Virus record (IMG/VR): IMGVR_UViG_3300047673_000475
Strand: one strand, 5' to 3'
Source of the DNA: an uncultured virus (IMG/VR IMGVR_UViG_3300047673_000475)
Lineage: Duplodnaviria > Heunggongvirae > Uroviricota > Caudoviricetes
DNA length: 64,000 nucleotides
In this document: positions 18,997 through 29,134 of the stretch, one piece after another
How positions within the stretch are numbered: the first letter of the stretch is position 1
Layout: every line of letters starts with the position of its first letter
Position numbers and translations under genes: made by a program
Notes under the pieces: model-generated
What the model was told of the DNA's origin: nothing
Seen by the model: only the letters and a program-made list of their open reading frames with translations
Databases searched by the model: none

Positions 18997-20523
18997 ATGC
19001 CGTCTATTACCGATGCGGTTCAGAGCGCTACTAACGCTGTGGCCGCGAGCACCAGCACGGCACTGACGGGTGTCAATGGTGCAATGTCTGCGCAGCAAGC
19101 AGCGCTGGCGCAAAATGCCTGGGTCGGCTCCGCTGATAATAAGCTCGCTACCGCCGACGTCTACAATCCACCGGGTGGCAATGCCATCATCACGGACGTC
19201 CAGAATCTGTTTCAGAAGTTTGACTTCTCTATCTCCGACGTCTTGCGCGGGGGTAAGTTTATCGCCCAGGAAGCCGGGGCGGTGATAGCAGGCTTGCGCA
19301 CGGGTCTGCGCGTCGCGGGTCAGATTCAGCGCGGGGTCACCATGCTGCAAAAGGGTGACATCATGGCGCGCATCCTCGGTGCGTCGCTGGTCACCAAAGG
19401 CGCACTGAACGCGCTTGGCCTAGCAGGACTGGATAATATCGCCGGTTCCATCAATGCAGGAATTGGGGCAGCCCAAGGTGCCGTGGGTCAGGCCGTGGGT
19501 CAAGTAGGTACGCAGATCTACGCCGAGCTCGGTGGCGTGATGCAACAAGTGGACCAAGCGTATGCGGGCGGCATGCAGGCGCTCGGGGAATGCATTAACT
19601 CGCTGGGCATCAGTGCGAACTTCAATATCAACGACGTTGGGGTAAAGGTCGGTCTGTATGCGGGGCTGATTCAAACCTCGTGCGGCTATGGGATTCCGAA
19701 TTCATTCGGTTCACTGACCGCAGCGATCTCGGATCGCGGCATGCTCGCGCAGATTACGGCGAGGGTGCTGCCTTCGGTGATTGCCAGCGGGGACGTGCAC
19801 AGCCTGATGTCGATTGGAGCAAGCCTGGGGGCGCGCGGCGCGTACGCCTACAACCCGAACATCCTGGCGGACTTCAGTTCGTCGTACTATCTGCCCCCGC
19901 CCTCGTCCAATACGAATCAGGTGGATTACGCGGACTGCTTTAGTAATCTGACCAGCGCGTATAGCACCGTTGATCCGGACTGGGCAACGCTCAATCGGGA
20001 AACCACCATTACCGATGCCGACGGTAATGACCTGACACAAAACGATCCGGCGTTTAATCTGAATGCGATTACCAATGGCTCGGATGACTTTAAGAAGGTG
20101 ATCCAGCAGGGCGTGACCAGTACCACGGATCGCACCAATAACGTGATGGCGTTGGCAGGGGTGGTACAGCAATCCACCGTGGCGGACAAACTGGCCTCAC
20201 AGTTTCCGATGACCGTGTTTGAGGGCAACAGTCAATCGGCTTCCACGCAAGATCCGCTGGCATTGGCTTCGGGTGCCCAAGCGATCACGGTACCGACGGG
20301 CTATTCGAATGTCTCGCCCAATACCGGACAAACGGTCAACCCGGCACCGGACCCGAAGACGATCAACCCGCAGACGGGCGGCGCTTACGACCTGAGCGAT
20401 CCGGGCGTGAAGAACCAGAACGGCTACTACATCTGGCCGGACGGTCACTGGCAGATTGGTGGCGTCTACACGAACAAGGATACGGGTCAAGGCTATGTAT
20501 CCAAGGGCATTACGTTCGACTAA
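18997..20523 (+). CDS. Probable virion (tail/baseplate) protein
   Basis: GAGG SD; Ala/Gly/Asn/Thr-rich 508 aa protein next to the tail cluster. Confidence 0.65.
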   Translation: MPSITDAVQSATNAVAASTSTALTGVNGAMSAQQAALAQNAWVGSADNKLATADVYNPPGGNAIITDVQNLFQKFDFSISDVLRGGKFIAQEAGAVIAGLRTGLRVAGQIQRGVTMLQKGDIMARILGASLVTKGALNALGLAGLDNIAGSINAGIGAAQGAVGQAVGQVGTQIYAELGGVMQQVDQAYAGGMQALGECINSLGISANFNINDVGVKVGLYAGLIQTSCGYGIPNSFGSLTAAISDRGMLAQITARVLPSVIASGDVHSLMSIGASLGARGAYAYNPNILADFSSSYYLPPPSSNTNQVDYADCFSNLTSAYSTVDPDWATLNRETTITDADGNDLTQNDPAFNLNAITNGSDDFKKVIQQGVTSTTDRTNNVMALAGVVQQSTVADKLASQFPMTVFEGNSQSASTQDPLALASGAQAITVPTGYSNVSPNTGQTVNPAPDPKTINPQTGGAYDLSDPGVKNQNGYYIWPDGHWQIGGVYTNKDTGQGYVSKGITFD

Positions 20524-20555
20524 GCGGCGCGGCGCATTTCAACGTCCGTTTTAAC

Positions 20556-20592
20556 GTCATAAGGGCCAGGGTTTCCCCTGGCCTCTATGCCG
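20556..20592. terminator. Hairpin flanked by GTCATA/TATGCCG between convergent genes
   Basis: GGCCAGG(G)-TTTC-(C)CCTGGCC followed by TC-TATGCCG. Confidence 0.75.
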
Positions 20593-20596
20593 TCGA

Positions 20597-22708
20597 TTAG
20601 TTACGGACGGTGCGACCAAAGATCGCGGAGACTAAACTGCCCGGCAGGGTATCCCCGGCAAAGCTGGCAAAGTGCGCCGTGCTATACCAGGTCTTCCAGC
20701 TTGTCATGGCGCGCGTCAAGTTAAGCTTGAACTTGTTCATCGAGTAAATCTGGTCCGTGAGACCCATGCCTGACAACACTGCCATGTAATCCGTGAAGGT
20801 ATTGTCATCGTCGAAGATCGAGCCGATGGTTTGCGCGGCATTGTTCAAGGCATCGGCACCTGCGCCGAGCGCGCCACCAATTGCTCCGCCGAGTGCTGCA
20901 CCTCCGATCGCAGTCAGCGGACCACCGCCTGCACCCACCACGCCTCCTGCGACCGCGCCCAGTTCACTGCCTGCTGCTGTGGCATTGGAGGAGAAACCCT
21001 GACTGATCGGCATCGCCAGCACGGTGGACATGTCCATGAACGTAATGCTCACTTCAATGCCCATCGCGTGGCCCTTGTTGTTAAAGCCCGTGTTACCCGT
21101 ACCGCGGGTAATGGACAAGCTCTCCACCATGGACAAACGCGACTGGCAGCGACCCCGGTCAAAGATCTCGCACAGGAACGGACTGGTGTACGACTGCTTA
21201 CCCGTCGCAATCGGCAAGGTCATCGCCAACAGCATCGCGAGCGGCACGTACAGATTCAGTAGCTGCGAGACGCGATTACCGTACGGGCTCACCAGGTTGA
21301 TGGTGTAGCTCATCCGCGGCAAGGACGCAGCCGAGGACTGCCAGGAACGCGGGATGTCCACGAACGCGGCCCCGCCCAGGGCTGCCAAGCCGGACAAGTG
21401 TAGGGAGTCCAGCCCGCCCTTGATGAAATTCCCCACGGCCCCGAAGGCACTGGTGACCATGCTACCGATGGCACCGCCGCCCAGATTACCATTGGCCAGA
21501 TCAAACTCCGCCGATCGCGCCTGGGAGGAGATGCTATTGATCTTCTGCGCAATTTCTGATTCCTGGGCTTGGCTGGAAAACGACTCACCCACCGGCCCGG
21601 TTGCGTTGACCCGGAAGCCGACAAAAGCCGACCCGTCATTGATCTCTGCACCGAGAAAATCAAAGAAGCCCGCATCGTAGGCCTGATTGGGCGCAGTCGT
21701 CCCCGTGTCGTCGTTATTGAGCGACTCCGTGGTCGAACTCTCGCCGCCGTTACCCGCCGCTTGGGGGATGGCCTGAGAGGAGCCCAGCCATTTCTTCAGG
21801 TAATCACTCCAGCCTGTGCCGCCGTTATCTTTCAGCGACTGGCTATACGCCTTCTGCACTGCGCTCGTCAGATCGAGGTTATCGGTATTAAACGCCTGCT
21901 TCAGGTTGTTCTGATGCAGGGTGGCCAGACGTTGCGCCCGGTTAGCCATCGCGTAGACGTTAATCGAACCGCCTTCGTTGATGATGTCGGGCAAGAGCTG
22001 ATGCAGTTGCGTCTGGGCCTTGGCGTCGAACTGATAGCCTTCGCCCAACTGCTGGGCCATCGAAGTGCCGCCAATGCGCGGCACAATCCCCATGTTCACT
22101 GCAATCTGGTTGACGATGGTGGTCACCGCATTCCAGTAAAGCGGCATGGCGGGCTTCGAGTAGTAGAACTTACTCGAGGGCTTTTGCAGAAAGAAGCGCG
22201 CCGCGTTACCGAGGAGCGTGACTGCCAGCAACTTCCATGACAGGATCGAGACCACAAAACCAGCGGCACGCCCCAGCTCATAAAACGCCGACGGTGCGCG
22301 ACCGGTACGCGCCAGCGTACCGGCACTGGTGTTATAGAAGCCGGTGAAGAAGGTCGTCAGTGAATTGAACGAAGGCAAGCCACAGCGGATATTGATGATC
22401 TGTGAGTTCGCCGCGATCGCTTCCCCGTAGTAGCGACCATAGCCGGTATTCCCAGCCCGATTGACCTGGTTGGGGTTCCAACTCCCATTCGGCGCGCGTG
22501 GTTTCAGATCCGCGTTGCGGGTAAACTGCGGGGGCGGATTGATACACAAACTCCCACCCGGACGGGTGTCCTGAAAGTCCAGACTCACCGGTGTGAAGAT
22601 CCGGTTTTGCTGATCCACCGGCTGCAGGTGAGACAGGTTCACCAGAAAAGACTGCCGCACCCAGGACGCGTCTTTTTCAAGATTGTTCAGCGAGACTGTT
22701 GAAGCCAC
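20597..22708 (-). CDS. Baseplate-region structural protein (phiKZ gp182-like)
   Basis: GTG start with AGGAG SD; INPPPQFTRNAD and LVSPYGN motifs; follows the tape measure gene. Confidence 0.75.
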   Translation of the reverse strand: MASTVSLNNLEKDASWVRQSFLVNLSHLQPVDQQNRIFTPVSLDFQDTRPGGSLCINPPPQFTRNADLKPRAPNGSWNPNQVNRAGNTGYGRYYGEAIAANSQIINIRCGLPSFNSLTTFFTGFYNTSAGTLARTGRAPSAFYELGRAAGFVVSILSWKLLAVTLLGNAARFFLQKPSSKFYYSKPAMPLYWNAVTTIVNQIAVNMGIVPRIGGTSMAQQLGEGYQFDAKAQTQLHQLLPDIINEGGSINVYAMANRAQRLATLHQNNLKQAFNTDNLDLTSAVQKAYSQSLKDNGGTGWSDYLKKWLGSSQAIPQAAGNGGESSTTESLNNDDTGTTAPNQAYDAGFFDFLGAEINDGSAFVGFRVNATGPVGESFSSQAQESEIAQKINSISSQARSAEFDLANGNLGGGAIGSMVTSAFGAVGNFIKGGLDSLHLSGLAALGGAAFVDIPRSWQSSAASLPRMSYTINLVSPYGNRVSQLLNLYVPLAMLLAMTLPIATGKQSYTSPFLCEIFDRGRCQSRLSMVESLSITRGTGNTGFNNKGHAMGIEVSITFMDMSTVLAMPISQGFSSNATAAGSELGAVAGGVVGAGGGPLTAIGGAALGGAIGGALGAGADALNNAAQTIGSIFDDDNTFTDYMAVLSGMGLTDQIYSMNKFKLNLTRAMTSWKTWYSTAHFASFAGDTLPGSLVSAIFGRTVRN

Positions 22709-22728
22709 GGCTGCTCCTACGAAATAAA

Positions 22729-22750
22729 GAGGGGAGCCGAAGCTCCCCTC
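22729..22750 (-). terminator. Hairpin after tape measure gene
   Basis: GAGGGGAGC-CGAA-GCTCCCCTC, followed by TTTATTT on the minus strand. Confidence 0.7.
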
Positions 22751-22753
22751 GTG

Positions 22754-25700
22754 TTAAGCCACTTTGGACATGGAAACCGGAGCAGACGTCATCGGCTGCG
22801 GTGTCTTCCTTTGCATAGCATCAGGCGAGAGCGTGCCCGTCGGTGTCTTCGCGTTCGCTTGAGAATTACTCCCTTGCTTACCTGCGAAACCCACGAGTTG
22901 TTGCAACGCCGTTAGCATCTGCTTTTGGACATCGAGCGATTGCTTAAGCACATCGGAGACCGGACCGAGTGTTTTGGCCAGATCTTGCGACTGGGCTTGG
23001 CTTTGTGCCGCCAGATCCTTACTGCGGTTCTGGAAGCCCCCCATCGCAGCCGCGGTTTGGCTATTGATGGAATCAGGCAGCGCACTGACTGCCGCGCTTG
23101 CGCCAGTATCGGCGGGCGCTGCATCCGAGCTCACCACAGGGGTGGACTTCAGCGCCGGGGCCGGACCAGGGGTCTGATCCGCGACCTTGATAATACCGCC
23201 TGCTGCTCCACCTGTCGCATCTCCCCCACCCGTCGCCGGGGCACTGCCCGTCGAGGCAACTTGGGTACCCGCCTCGCCCGGCTTCGCATTCGGGTCCGGC
23301 TTGCCACCGAGCTGGCCTTGCTGGGCCTGACCGAGGTAAGCCTGGAACTTCGCCTGACGATCGCTCAGCCCGTTCGTGCCACCGTTGATCGCTTTCGTGA
23401 CCGAGAGCACATCGCCTGCTTTCGCAGCCGCTGAAGACACCCGATCCTTCCAGTACGCCAGTGCGATCTTAGCGGCATTAGCCGGGTCAGAGGCGAGATC
23501 CGGATTGTTCACCAGATCCAAACCCGTCATCTTGCCGTACTTGGCGTAGTTGGCCTTACCGGTCAACTGGACGACCCCGCGCCCCCGATAGGTCCAGCCA
23601 TCATCAGGCGCTGTGTTCCCCATGCGACCACCGTAGATCCGATTCGCAATCGCTTGCGGACCGCCAGCAGCCACATTGGCAGCATCCCCTTCGCCATTAA
23701 AGTGCGACTTAAAGAGACTCGCGAGCACCGAGGGCCGATAGTTCAGATTTTCCGAGAGTGACTTAAAGCCACCACTCTCATGGTCCATCTGCGCCATGAA
23801 CATCGCTTGCTCAGTCGGGTCACTCATGCCTGCGGTTTTCATCGCCGCAATCAACGCACCCTTAATCGCCGAGGCCGAAGCAGTGAGCGTGGCACCAATC
23901 TTACCCGCAGCCCCCTTCGCGGCCTGGTAGCCAGACTTCAGCGCATCGCCTGCGCCTGAGATGAGACTAGACGCCGCCGAGCCGACGGAGCTGGCAACAT
24001 TCTTCGTCGCATCCCACGCATTGCCTGCAAACTGTTTGGTCTTATCCCAAGCGTTACTGATACCTGACTTAAGATTATCCATCCAGCTCGGCTCAGGCTT
24101 GTTATCGCCCTTGGTGGCTGCGTCGTGCTTCGCGCTGTCCTTGGCCTTGTCTGCTTTCTCGTTCGTCTTCTTGTCTTTATCCTTTTCGACGTCCTTATCG
24201 TTGGCAGCCTGGACTTCATCCATCACCGCTTTCACGTCATCCGCCCCCGCACTCAATTGCTTCTCACCCGGAATCGGCGAGACCATCGAGTTGTACGGGT
24301 CCGCAGGCATGCGAATGCCTTGCAGGAACGTCTTCTTCTCAGCCGCTGACAGTTTGTCATTGGCATCCGACAAAGCCGTGCCCTTCTTGACGTTATTCAG
24401 GATGGTCAAGTGGGTGATAAACACCGGCTTGAATCGACGGACGTACCAGGTCGCGAAGTTCTGCACCTGATCCTTATCCTTCAGATCCACCCCGAGGCCT
24501 TCCACTGCACTCTTGATGTCCACCTTCTTCGGATCAATCTGCGCCTGACCACCCACGTACGTGACACCCGGCATCAGGGCGTTTTCCAGTGCGAACACTT
24601 TGTGTACGTTGCCGTCATCGTCCGGTTTCCAGCCGTACTGCGCGTACCGGATCTTCGAGAGATCGTCGAGCTTGTTCCGGGTCAGGAGCTTGTAGCCCCC
24701 GTACACTGCAGCCCCAGCTGCTGCAATACCCAGAGCAGGCAAGAGCACAGGCGAAGCAAGCACCGCCCCAAGTCCAGTAAGGAGTGCCCCGCCTGCAGCG
24801 CCTGCAAGGCCCAATGCTCCACCTTCAACACCGAGTAGACCAGCAGCCCCAGAAGCAAGAGACCACCCAGTCGCAGCATCACCTGCATAGCCCAACCCCT
24901 TTCCAATGGTATCGTGCCCGGTGGCATTAGCCAGTGCCGAGGCGCCGGTGAGCGCCATGCCTGCACCGAAGCCTTTGCCCCATTTCAGACCACCCATGAT
25001 CCGGCCGCCGAGACCTTGCTTAGCCGCACTGCCGACGATGTTTTCAGCCGCGCCTGCTGCTGCACTGGCGCCGCCCTTACCGAAGAGTCGCCCCACACCC
25101 GGAATCCTGCGCAGGAGTTTGCCTCCAGGGATTTTGCCGAGGAGCTTATCAGCAATCGTTTGTTCGACTGCGGACTCGACCCCATCAACCAGACCGCCCT
25201 TGGAGTCGTCTTCGTCATCGTCCTTCTTTTTCTTGCGTTTGAACAGACCGCTGAGCAGGCTGAGAATACCGCCCTTCTTCTGGCCGTCCTCACCTTGACC
25301 GCTCTGACCCAGGTGCTTCTTCCATTCCTCTTCGAGCTGTTCCTTACGCGACTTGTGCTGATCCTCGATCGAGCCCTTACGGATTTTGTGCTGTGCAGGC
25401 AGCCGGTCTTTGAGCAAGTCACGAATCTCTTCCACGGCGGACATCAGCTTCTTGCCGCCACCAAAGAAAATCCCCGTCTTGCCAAAGAGCGAACCCAGTC
25501 CGCTGAACATGCCCTTGCCCAGACCGAACGCATGACCGATGCCTTGGTTCACACCCCCCGCCAACCACTTAAGTGCGCCGAAGCCGCCGCCGAGAATCTT
25601 CGTCGCCCCGGACAGAATTCGACCAATACCGTGCTTCAACTGGTTGCCGTTCTTATCGTACAGGCCGCGCTTGAATTCCTCTTCGTCGAGTACCGTCACA

Positions 25701-28700
25701 CCCTTGTAGTTGTAGACTTCGCCATCAATGTCTTTGGGACTCTTGATCGGTTTGTCATTGACTGCCGAGTGATAGCCACCGGCGCGCATCGTCTTCGCGT
25801 CGAGTGCCTTACGCAGTCGCTTCGGATGATCCTTATCGAACACGTAGACATCTTGCGGACCATTGGCGTAACCCATCACGCCTTTGATCGCCAGCTCACC
25901 GAGTTTAGCGATCGCTTTGTAGCCCGCCAGAGGGCCGCCCAAGAGGTTGCCACCGAGGAAGCTACCGAGCTTGCTGGCGACCTTGATACCGGCACCCAGC
26001 CCCCTCAGGGCCTTCTTACCGAGCCCTTCTCGCACATAGGCGGTCGAGGCCTGCTCTTCAGTCATCACAATGCCCGAGGCATCGGCCACTGCACCCTGAA
26101 TGTCCCGCCATGTCTTGACCGGTTTGCCCGTCTTGACATCGAAATATTCTCCGGCCTTCAGGCGTGCACCATAGAGCAAGACCTTACGCGGGCCCGTCTC
26201 TTCCGAATACACATCCTTAAAGCCACGGGCCTTGTCGAGCACCTTGCCTGCGATGCCACTGGCGATGCCACCCACAGCCTTAGCCGTACCGAAGAGGCCC
26301 CCGAAGCTGCTGCCGACTAACCAGTTACCCAGCTTGCCTGCGCCCTTCATACCACCCCAAGCACCCGACGCGAGGCTCTTGACGCCGTCCTTGATTGACT
26401 TGTTCCACCAGCGCACCTTGCGACCCGTACCTGCTGCGCCCGTCGGGATCGAACCATCCGCAGCATTACCCACCACCATCACTGGCAGCGCGTCAGCGAA
26501 GCGTTCCTGAATGGCTTTGATGCCGTCACTCATCGAGCTGACGCCTTCGGAGAGTTTCTCCAGCAACGTCTCGATGTGGTTCTTGGCATTCTCGTGCAGG
26601 GCACGGGCACCGGAAGCTGTCCGATTGGCGAACTCACGGGCATGATCGCGAGCATTGCTAAAGAAACCACCGGCCTGCTGACTACCTGCGGCGTGCAACC
26701 CTGCCACACCCTGGACAGCCGAGTGAGCGCTCGAACTCATCGCGGCAACGGTTTGTTCGACCAGCTGACCAATCTGCGGGGTCGGCACCCCGAGCTTTTG
26801 CAGATAGTTCGCCAGTTGTTGCTTATACTTCGGCGTTCCTGCTTGAGCGCTCGGTTGCTGACTGTACAAGCCCGGCGCGGCCGTCGTCGGCACCAGGCTC
26901 GGTGTAATCAGGCCAGGTGTGGCAAAGGACGGCACCGGACCCGCGGCCAGCTGAGACAGTGCCTGATGCACGCCACCCCGATTGACTCGACCCTTGGTCG
27001 CCGCATTACCCCGACGGCGCCGACGGCGCGGACCCACTGCCGCTGCGGCTGAGCCGGGCTGTCCACCAGGTTGTTGACGGAAACCCTGCGCTGCGCTACC
27101 CGCGGCCGGATGGAAGTCACTGCCGTAATAGTAGTCGAAGAACTGCTCAAGCTTCACGCCATCTTCGTCATCATTGAGCAGACCCGCTTCATTCAAGAAG
27201 TCGTTCATGCCCAAGTTAGAGAAGTGTTGCACCTTTTCACGGGAAGCCGAAGCGTACTGACCGAGCGCGTTGTACTGATTAGCAAAGGAATGCTTGCGCT
27301 CGTTCTCGTGATCGTTACGGAAGTACGAACGGAACAGATCAGAGAAGGTATCGGCATGATCCGCTGCCTCGCCATCGTAACGGCGTCGGTTACCGAGCAC
27401 TTCTTCGCCGCCCAGTCGTCCCTTGACATTGTTACGCAGGAGTTGGCTGCCGAGAATCTTCTTCTGTTCCGGCGTGAGCGTCTTACCGGTCTTACTGGTA
27501 ACTTCATCGATCAGGCTATCGACCGAGTCAGTCGTCCACTTACGCTCGTTATCCTTGACCAGGGACTTAAACGCGTTCTTGCGCACATTGCTTTGCGTGT
27601 CGAACTTGTTCTTGGTGTAGTCGTAATGCGTCATCTCGACGTTTGGATCACCCGTGCGTGTGATCTGCAACTCACGCAGAATCCGCGCAAGGTAACCAGG
27701 GATGATCTCGTTGAGCGACTTGGCCGACTGACGGCTAAAGTACGAGGGCTCACCCATCCCTTCGACAGTATCCTTCTGCAAGCCCGTCTGCATCTTCTGC
27801 GAACTCTTGACGTTCATCTTCAAGAGACGCACCAGACCGTCAGTAATGCCACCATTCTCCCCCTTCGAGGAGCGGGCCCACTCACCGAGCATCTGCGGGA
27901 TATTCTCCACGCCATACTGCAGCTTGTTACCGAACTTCTTCACCCCTGGCATCTTCGACAGATGGGGTGCCATCTTCTTAGCGAGCCACTGGCCGATGAT
28001 ACCCGTGCCAAACGCACCAGCCACCATCCCACCAGCATGATACGGGTCGGTCTGCATGCCCATCGCACGCGCCATGTCATCGGCATCCAAGACGCCGTTT
28101 AACATATCAAGCCCTGAGCGGCCATGACCCAGGCCGCCCTTCACCGTACGCAGGGCTGACTTCTTCAAGTTGTTGGTGAAGTTGCCGAGGAACTCTTGAC
28201 CGCGCCCGAGGATCGTCCCACCAATCAGCTTCATCGCCTGTTGCTTGGCCATGTCCTTGAAGGTGTCTGACGCTTTAAGCTTGGCTTGCTCGGGCAGCGC
28301 GGTATTGTGCACTACGCTTTGCAAGAGCAGTCGCATCTCGGCGTTGCTGCGCTTGGCTTCTTCCAGCGCGTCTACAGCAACGAAGTAATGGCGGTATTGG
28401 AGCTCGAGCGACTTGCGATGGTAGTTAGCGGTAACGTTGGCTTGGTAATCCACAAGCTGAGTGATACCAACGCGAAGCGCATCCATCTGGTTGAGTTTGT
28501 CCCGATGGCGGACTTGTTCGAGGCCTTCACGGAGTCGATCCTTAGTGTCTGATTCTGTGGTTTGTTTGTATTGGAGTTGGGACTGCACCTGGGCGAAGCC
28601 TGCGAGCATCGCACTGATCTCGGCCTCGCGAGGATCATAGTTCGAGGTACCCGGCTTGGCATCGGCCGTCTCAGTCCAGTCCTTCACTTGCTTCTTGAGC

Positions 28701-29059
28701 TTGTCGGGCATCGCCTGCTCCACCTTCGGGAGCAAGCGTGCCGTCGTGCGCTTCAAGTCGTTCATGAACGGCCGGATTTCCTTGGTCGTATCATCGTATA
28801 GACTTTTTATCGATCCGAACGATTTCTCGGCGAGATCATACGCGGAGCCGTATCCCCGAGGAAGTGCTTTCTCAATGACTCCCTTGATAAACTCGGAGTT
28901 CTTGGCCGACATGCTGATGCCTTCTTTCAGGCCAGCACCGACTTTGGTAACCGGCTTGCGGTTATCCTTCGGCGGCTTGAGATCGAAATCGAAATCAGGC
29001 ACGTCAAGGTTCTTGTCGAACTGGAAATCGTTCAACGTGAATTTTTGTTGCTTGGCCAT
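22754..29059 (-). CDS. Tape measure/tail-associated lysin (phiKZ gp181-like) with C-terminal GH19 domain
   Basis: About 2100 aa, helical and Gly-rich with TM-like segments; AQMDHESGGF..ENLNY..YRGRGVVQLTGKANY..INGGTNGLSDR. Confidence 0.88.
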   Translation of the reverse strand: MAKQQKFTLNDFQFDKNLDVPDFDFDLKPPKDNRKPVTKVGAGLKEGISMSAKNSEFIKGVIEKALPRGYGSAYDLAEKSFGSIKSLYDDTTKEIRPFMNDLKRTTARLLPKVEQAMPDKLKKQVKDWTETADAKPGTSNYDPREAEISAMLAGFAQVQSQLQYKQTTESDTKDRLREGLEQVRHRDKLNQMDALRVGITQLVDYQANVTANYHRKSLELQYRHYFVAVDALEEAKRSNAEMRLLLQSVVHNTALPEQAKLKASDTFKDMAKQQAMKLIGGTILGRGQEFLGNFTNNLKKSALRTVKGGLGHGRSGLDMLNGVLDADDMARAMGMQTDPYHAGGMVAGAFGTGIIGQWLAKKMAPHLSKMPGVKKFGNKLQYGVENIPQMLGEWARSSKGENGGITDGLVRLLKMNVKSSQKMQTGLQKDTVEGMGEPSYFSRQSAKSLNEIIPGYLARILRELQITRTGDPNVEMTHYDYTKNKFDTQSNVRKNAFKSLVKDNERKWTTDSVDSLIDEVTSKTGKTLTPEQKKILGSQLLRNNVKGRLGGEEVLGNRRRYDGEAADHADTFSDLFRSYFRNDHENERKHSFANQYNALGQYASASREKVQHFSNLGMNDFLNEAGLLNDDEDGVKLEQFFDYYYGSDFHPAAGSAAQGFRQQPGGQPGSAAAAVGPRRRRRRGNAATKGRVNRGGVHQALSQLAAGPVPSFATPGLITPSLVPTTAAPGLYSQQPSAQAGTPKYKQQLANYLQKLGVPTPQIGQLVEQTVAAMSSSAHSAVQGVAGLHAAGSQQAGGFFSNARDHAREFANRTASGARALHENAKNHIETLLEKLSEGVSSMSDGIKAIQERFADALPVMVVGNAADGSIPTGAAGTGRKVRWWNKSIKDGVKSLASGAWGGMKGAGKLGNWLVGSSFGGLFGTAKAVGGIASGIAGKVLDKARGFKDVYSEETGPRKVLLYGARLKAGEYFDVKTGKPVKTWRDIQGAVADASGIVMTEEQASTAYVREGLGKKALRGLGAGIKVASKLGSFLGGNLLGGPLAGYKAIAKLGELAIKGVMGYANGPQDVYVFDKDHPKRLRKALDAKTMRAGGYHSAVNDKPIKSPKDIDGEVYNYKGVTVLDEEEFKRGLYDKNGNQLKHGIGRILSGATKILGGGFGALKWLAGGVNQGIGHAFGLGKGMFSGLGSLFGKTGIFFGGGKKLMSAVEEIRDLLKDRLPAQHKIRKGSIEDQHKSRKEQLEEEWKKHLGQSGQGEDGQKKGGILSLLSGLFKRKKKKDDDEDDSKGGLVDGVESAVEQTIADKLLGKIPGGKLLRRIPGVGRLFGKGGASAAAGAAENIVGSAAKQGLGGRIMGGLKWGKGFGAGMALTGASALANATGHDTIGKGLGYAGDAATGWSLASGAAGLLGVEGGALGLAGAAGGALLTGLGAVLASPVLLPALGIAAAGAAVYGGYKLLTRNKLDDLSKIRYAQYGWKPDDDGNVHKVFALENALMPGVTYVGGQAQIDPKKVDIKSAVEGLGVDLKDKDQVQNFATWYVRRFKPVFITHLTILNNVKKGTALSDANDKLSAAEKKTFLQGIRMPADPYNSMVSPIPGEKQLSAGADDVKAVMDEVQAANDKDVEKDKDKKTNEKADKAKDSAKHDAATKGDNKPEPSWMDNLKSGISNAWDKTKQFAGNAWDATKNVASSVGSAASSLISGAGDALKSGYQAAKGAAGKIGATLTASASAIKGALIAAMKTAGMSDPTEQAMFMAQMDHESGGFKSLSENLNYRPSVLASLFKSHFNGEGDAANVAAGGPQAIANRIYGGRMGNTAPDDGWTYRGRGVVQLTGKANYAKYGKMTGLDLVNNPDLASDPANAAKIALAYWKDRVSSAAAKAGDVLSVTKAINGGTNGLSDRQAKFQAYLGQAQQGQLGGKPDPNAKPGEAGTQVASTGSAPATGGGDATGGAAGGIIKVADQTPGPAPALKSTPVVSSDAAPADTGASAAVSALPDSINSQTAAAMGGFQNRSKDLAAQSQAQSQDLAKTLGPVSDVLKQSLDVQKQMLTALQQLVGFAGKQGSNSQANAKTPTGTLSPDAMQRKTPQPMTSAPVSMSKVA

Positions 29060-29134
29060 AAACACAGGCTCCAATGATGTCGGGCTGCACGTGAGCCCCT
29101 CATAGGTTTGGGCTTAAAACCCGCAGGATAAGAT

